DNA of 64,000 nucleotides from Planctomycetia bacterium (GTDB lineage: Bacteria; Planctomycetota; Planctomycetia; Pirellulales; UBA1268): the NCBI GenBank assembly GCA_046343855.1, contig JBKDMX010000114.1:3803-67802 (forward strand). The letters are read 5' to 3'. A program made the translations under genes and the position numbers. A model generated the notes under the pieces. That model was not told where the DNA came from. It did not search any database and worked only from the letters and a program-made list of their open reading frames with translations. The stretch's first letter is position 1. Every line of letters begins with the position of its first letter. Below are positions 63,578 through 64,000 of this stretch, piece by piece.

Positions 63578-64000
63578 CGTGGCAGCGACGCGGCTCTGAT
63601 GGCGGCGTCGAGCCGCTCGGGATCCCTTGCTCGGATTCGCTCGAGCTGCCGTTGTGCCTCTGGGCGCGGGCAGGCCATGAGGTAGCCCGCAACGGCGCGG
63701 CGGACGAGGGGATCGTCCGCGCCCAGCGATTCCCAGAGCGCCGCCACGGCGTCGGCGTGGTCCCATGCCTGATACCGCGCGAGGTCCACCGTCGCATCCG
63801 CCGCGACGACGGGGCTTGCCAAGAGCCGTGCCGTCGCGGCGGCCGTGTGCGGTCTGGGGAGCGTGTCATCGAGTTCCTCCCACGCAAATCGCAGGGCGGC
63901 GAGCAGGTGCTTCTGGTCCGCCGGCCGCGCTGTCGCTGCGAAGAGCCCGCGCTTGTCGAGGTAGTCGAGGCCCTGCTTCCCGGAGGCGACGAGCACACCC
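63574..64000 (-). CDS. Hypothetical protein, C-terminal fragment (gene continues beyond the window)
   Basis: The frame is open from the window edge to the TAG at 63576-63574, with good GC3. Helical Ala/Leu/Arg-rich sequence. I recognised no family. Confidence 0.4.
   Translation of the reverse strand, partial: GVLVASGKQGLDYLDKRGLFAATARPADQKHLLAALRFAWEELDDTLPRPHTAAATARLLASPVVAADATVDLARYQAWDHADAVAALWESLGADDPLVRRAVAGYLMACPRPEAQRQLERIRARDPERLDAAIRAASLPR

Noticed and set aside
59838-63998. 1386-aa minus-strand ORF spanning apbE and the TolC-like gene.
   Set aside because: It lies antisense to two genes with clear family motifs and lipoprotein signals. The translation is Arg/Gly/Pro-rich with no recognisable domain. 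It is a GC artefact.

Overview
This is a GC-rich, densely coding chromosomal segment (roughly two-thirds G+C by eye, not computed). All names come from motif recognition only; no homology search or computation was run, and start codons are best guesses.

Gene content points to Planctomycetota (PVC group):
- a PSCyt/DUF1549/DUF1553 protein next to a twin-arginine DUF1501 protein
- a PVC-type CxxCH 'membrane-bound dehydrogenase'
- tetrahydromethanopterin (H4MPT)-linked C1 genes (mch plus pterin, ATP-grasp and CitG-like accessory genes)
- a roughly 2000-aa alpha-2-macroglobulin

I call 49 protein-coding genes (one truncated at the right edge), RNase P RNA, tRNA-Lys(CTT), tRNA-Leu(CAA), one clear intrinsic terminator and eight intergenic repeat patches. 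The rest is mainly housekeeping: ppk1, a J-protein, rnpA-yidD, fabI, lgt, panC, a folK fusion, metF, recQ, apbE, a lactate permease, an MscS channel, MMPL, MFS and AI-2E transporters, and response regulators.

I saw no rRNA, CRISPR array, transposase, integrase, phage gene or recognisable defence gene. Many of the longest ORFs in the six-frame track are antisense artefacts of the high GC content.

Best candidates for something undescribed:
1. A five-gene minus-strand cluster (37071-47870). It chains the uncharacterised DUF1553/DUF1501 pair to an SGNH-esterase/beta-propeller/HEAT/cytochrome-c giant, an aldehyde dehydrogenase and a serine hydrolase.
2. Families of structured intergenic repeats. 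These include ~140-nt foldback units whose terminal stems differ between copies yet stay perfectly self-complementary, and 24-nt GTAG-initiated hairpins that supply the TAG stop codon of several genes.
3. A signal-peptide-bearing, ~17%-cysteine repeat protein with its own RBS and terminator.
4. A thioester-less, lipobox-less alpha-2-macroglobulin giant with no pbpC partner.
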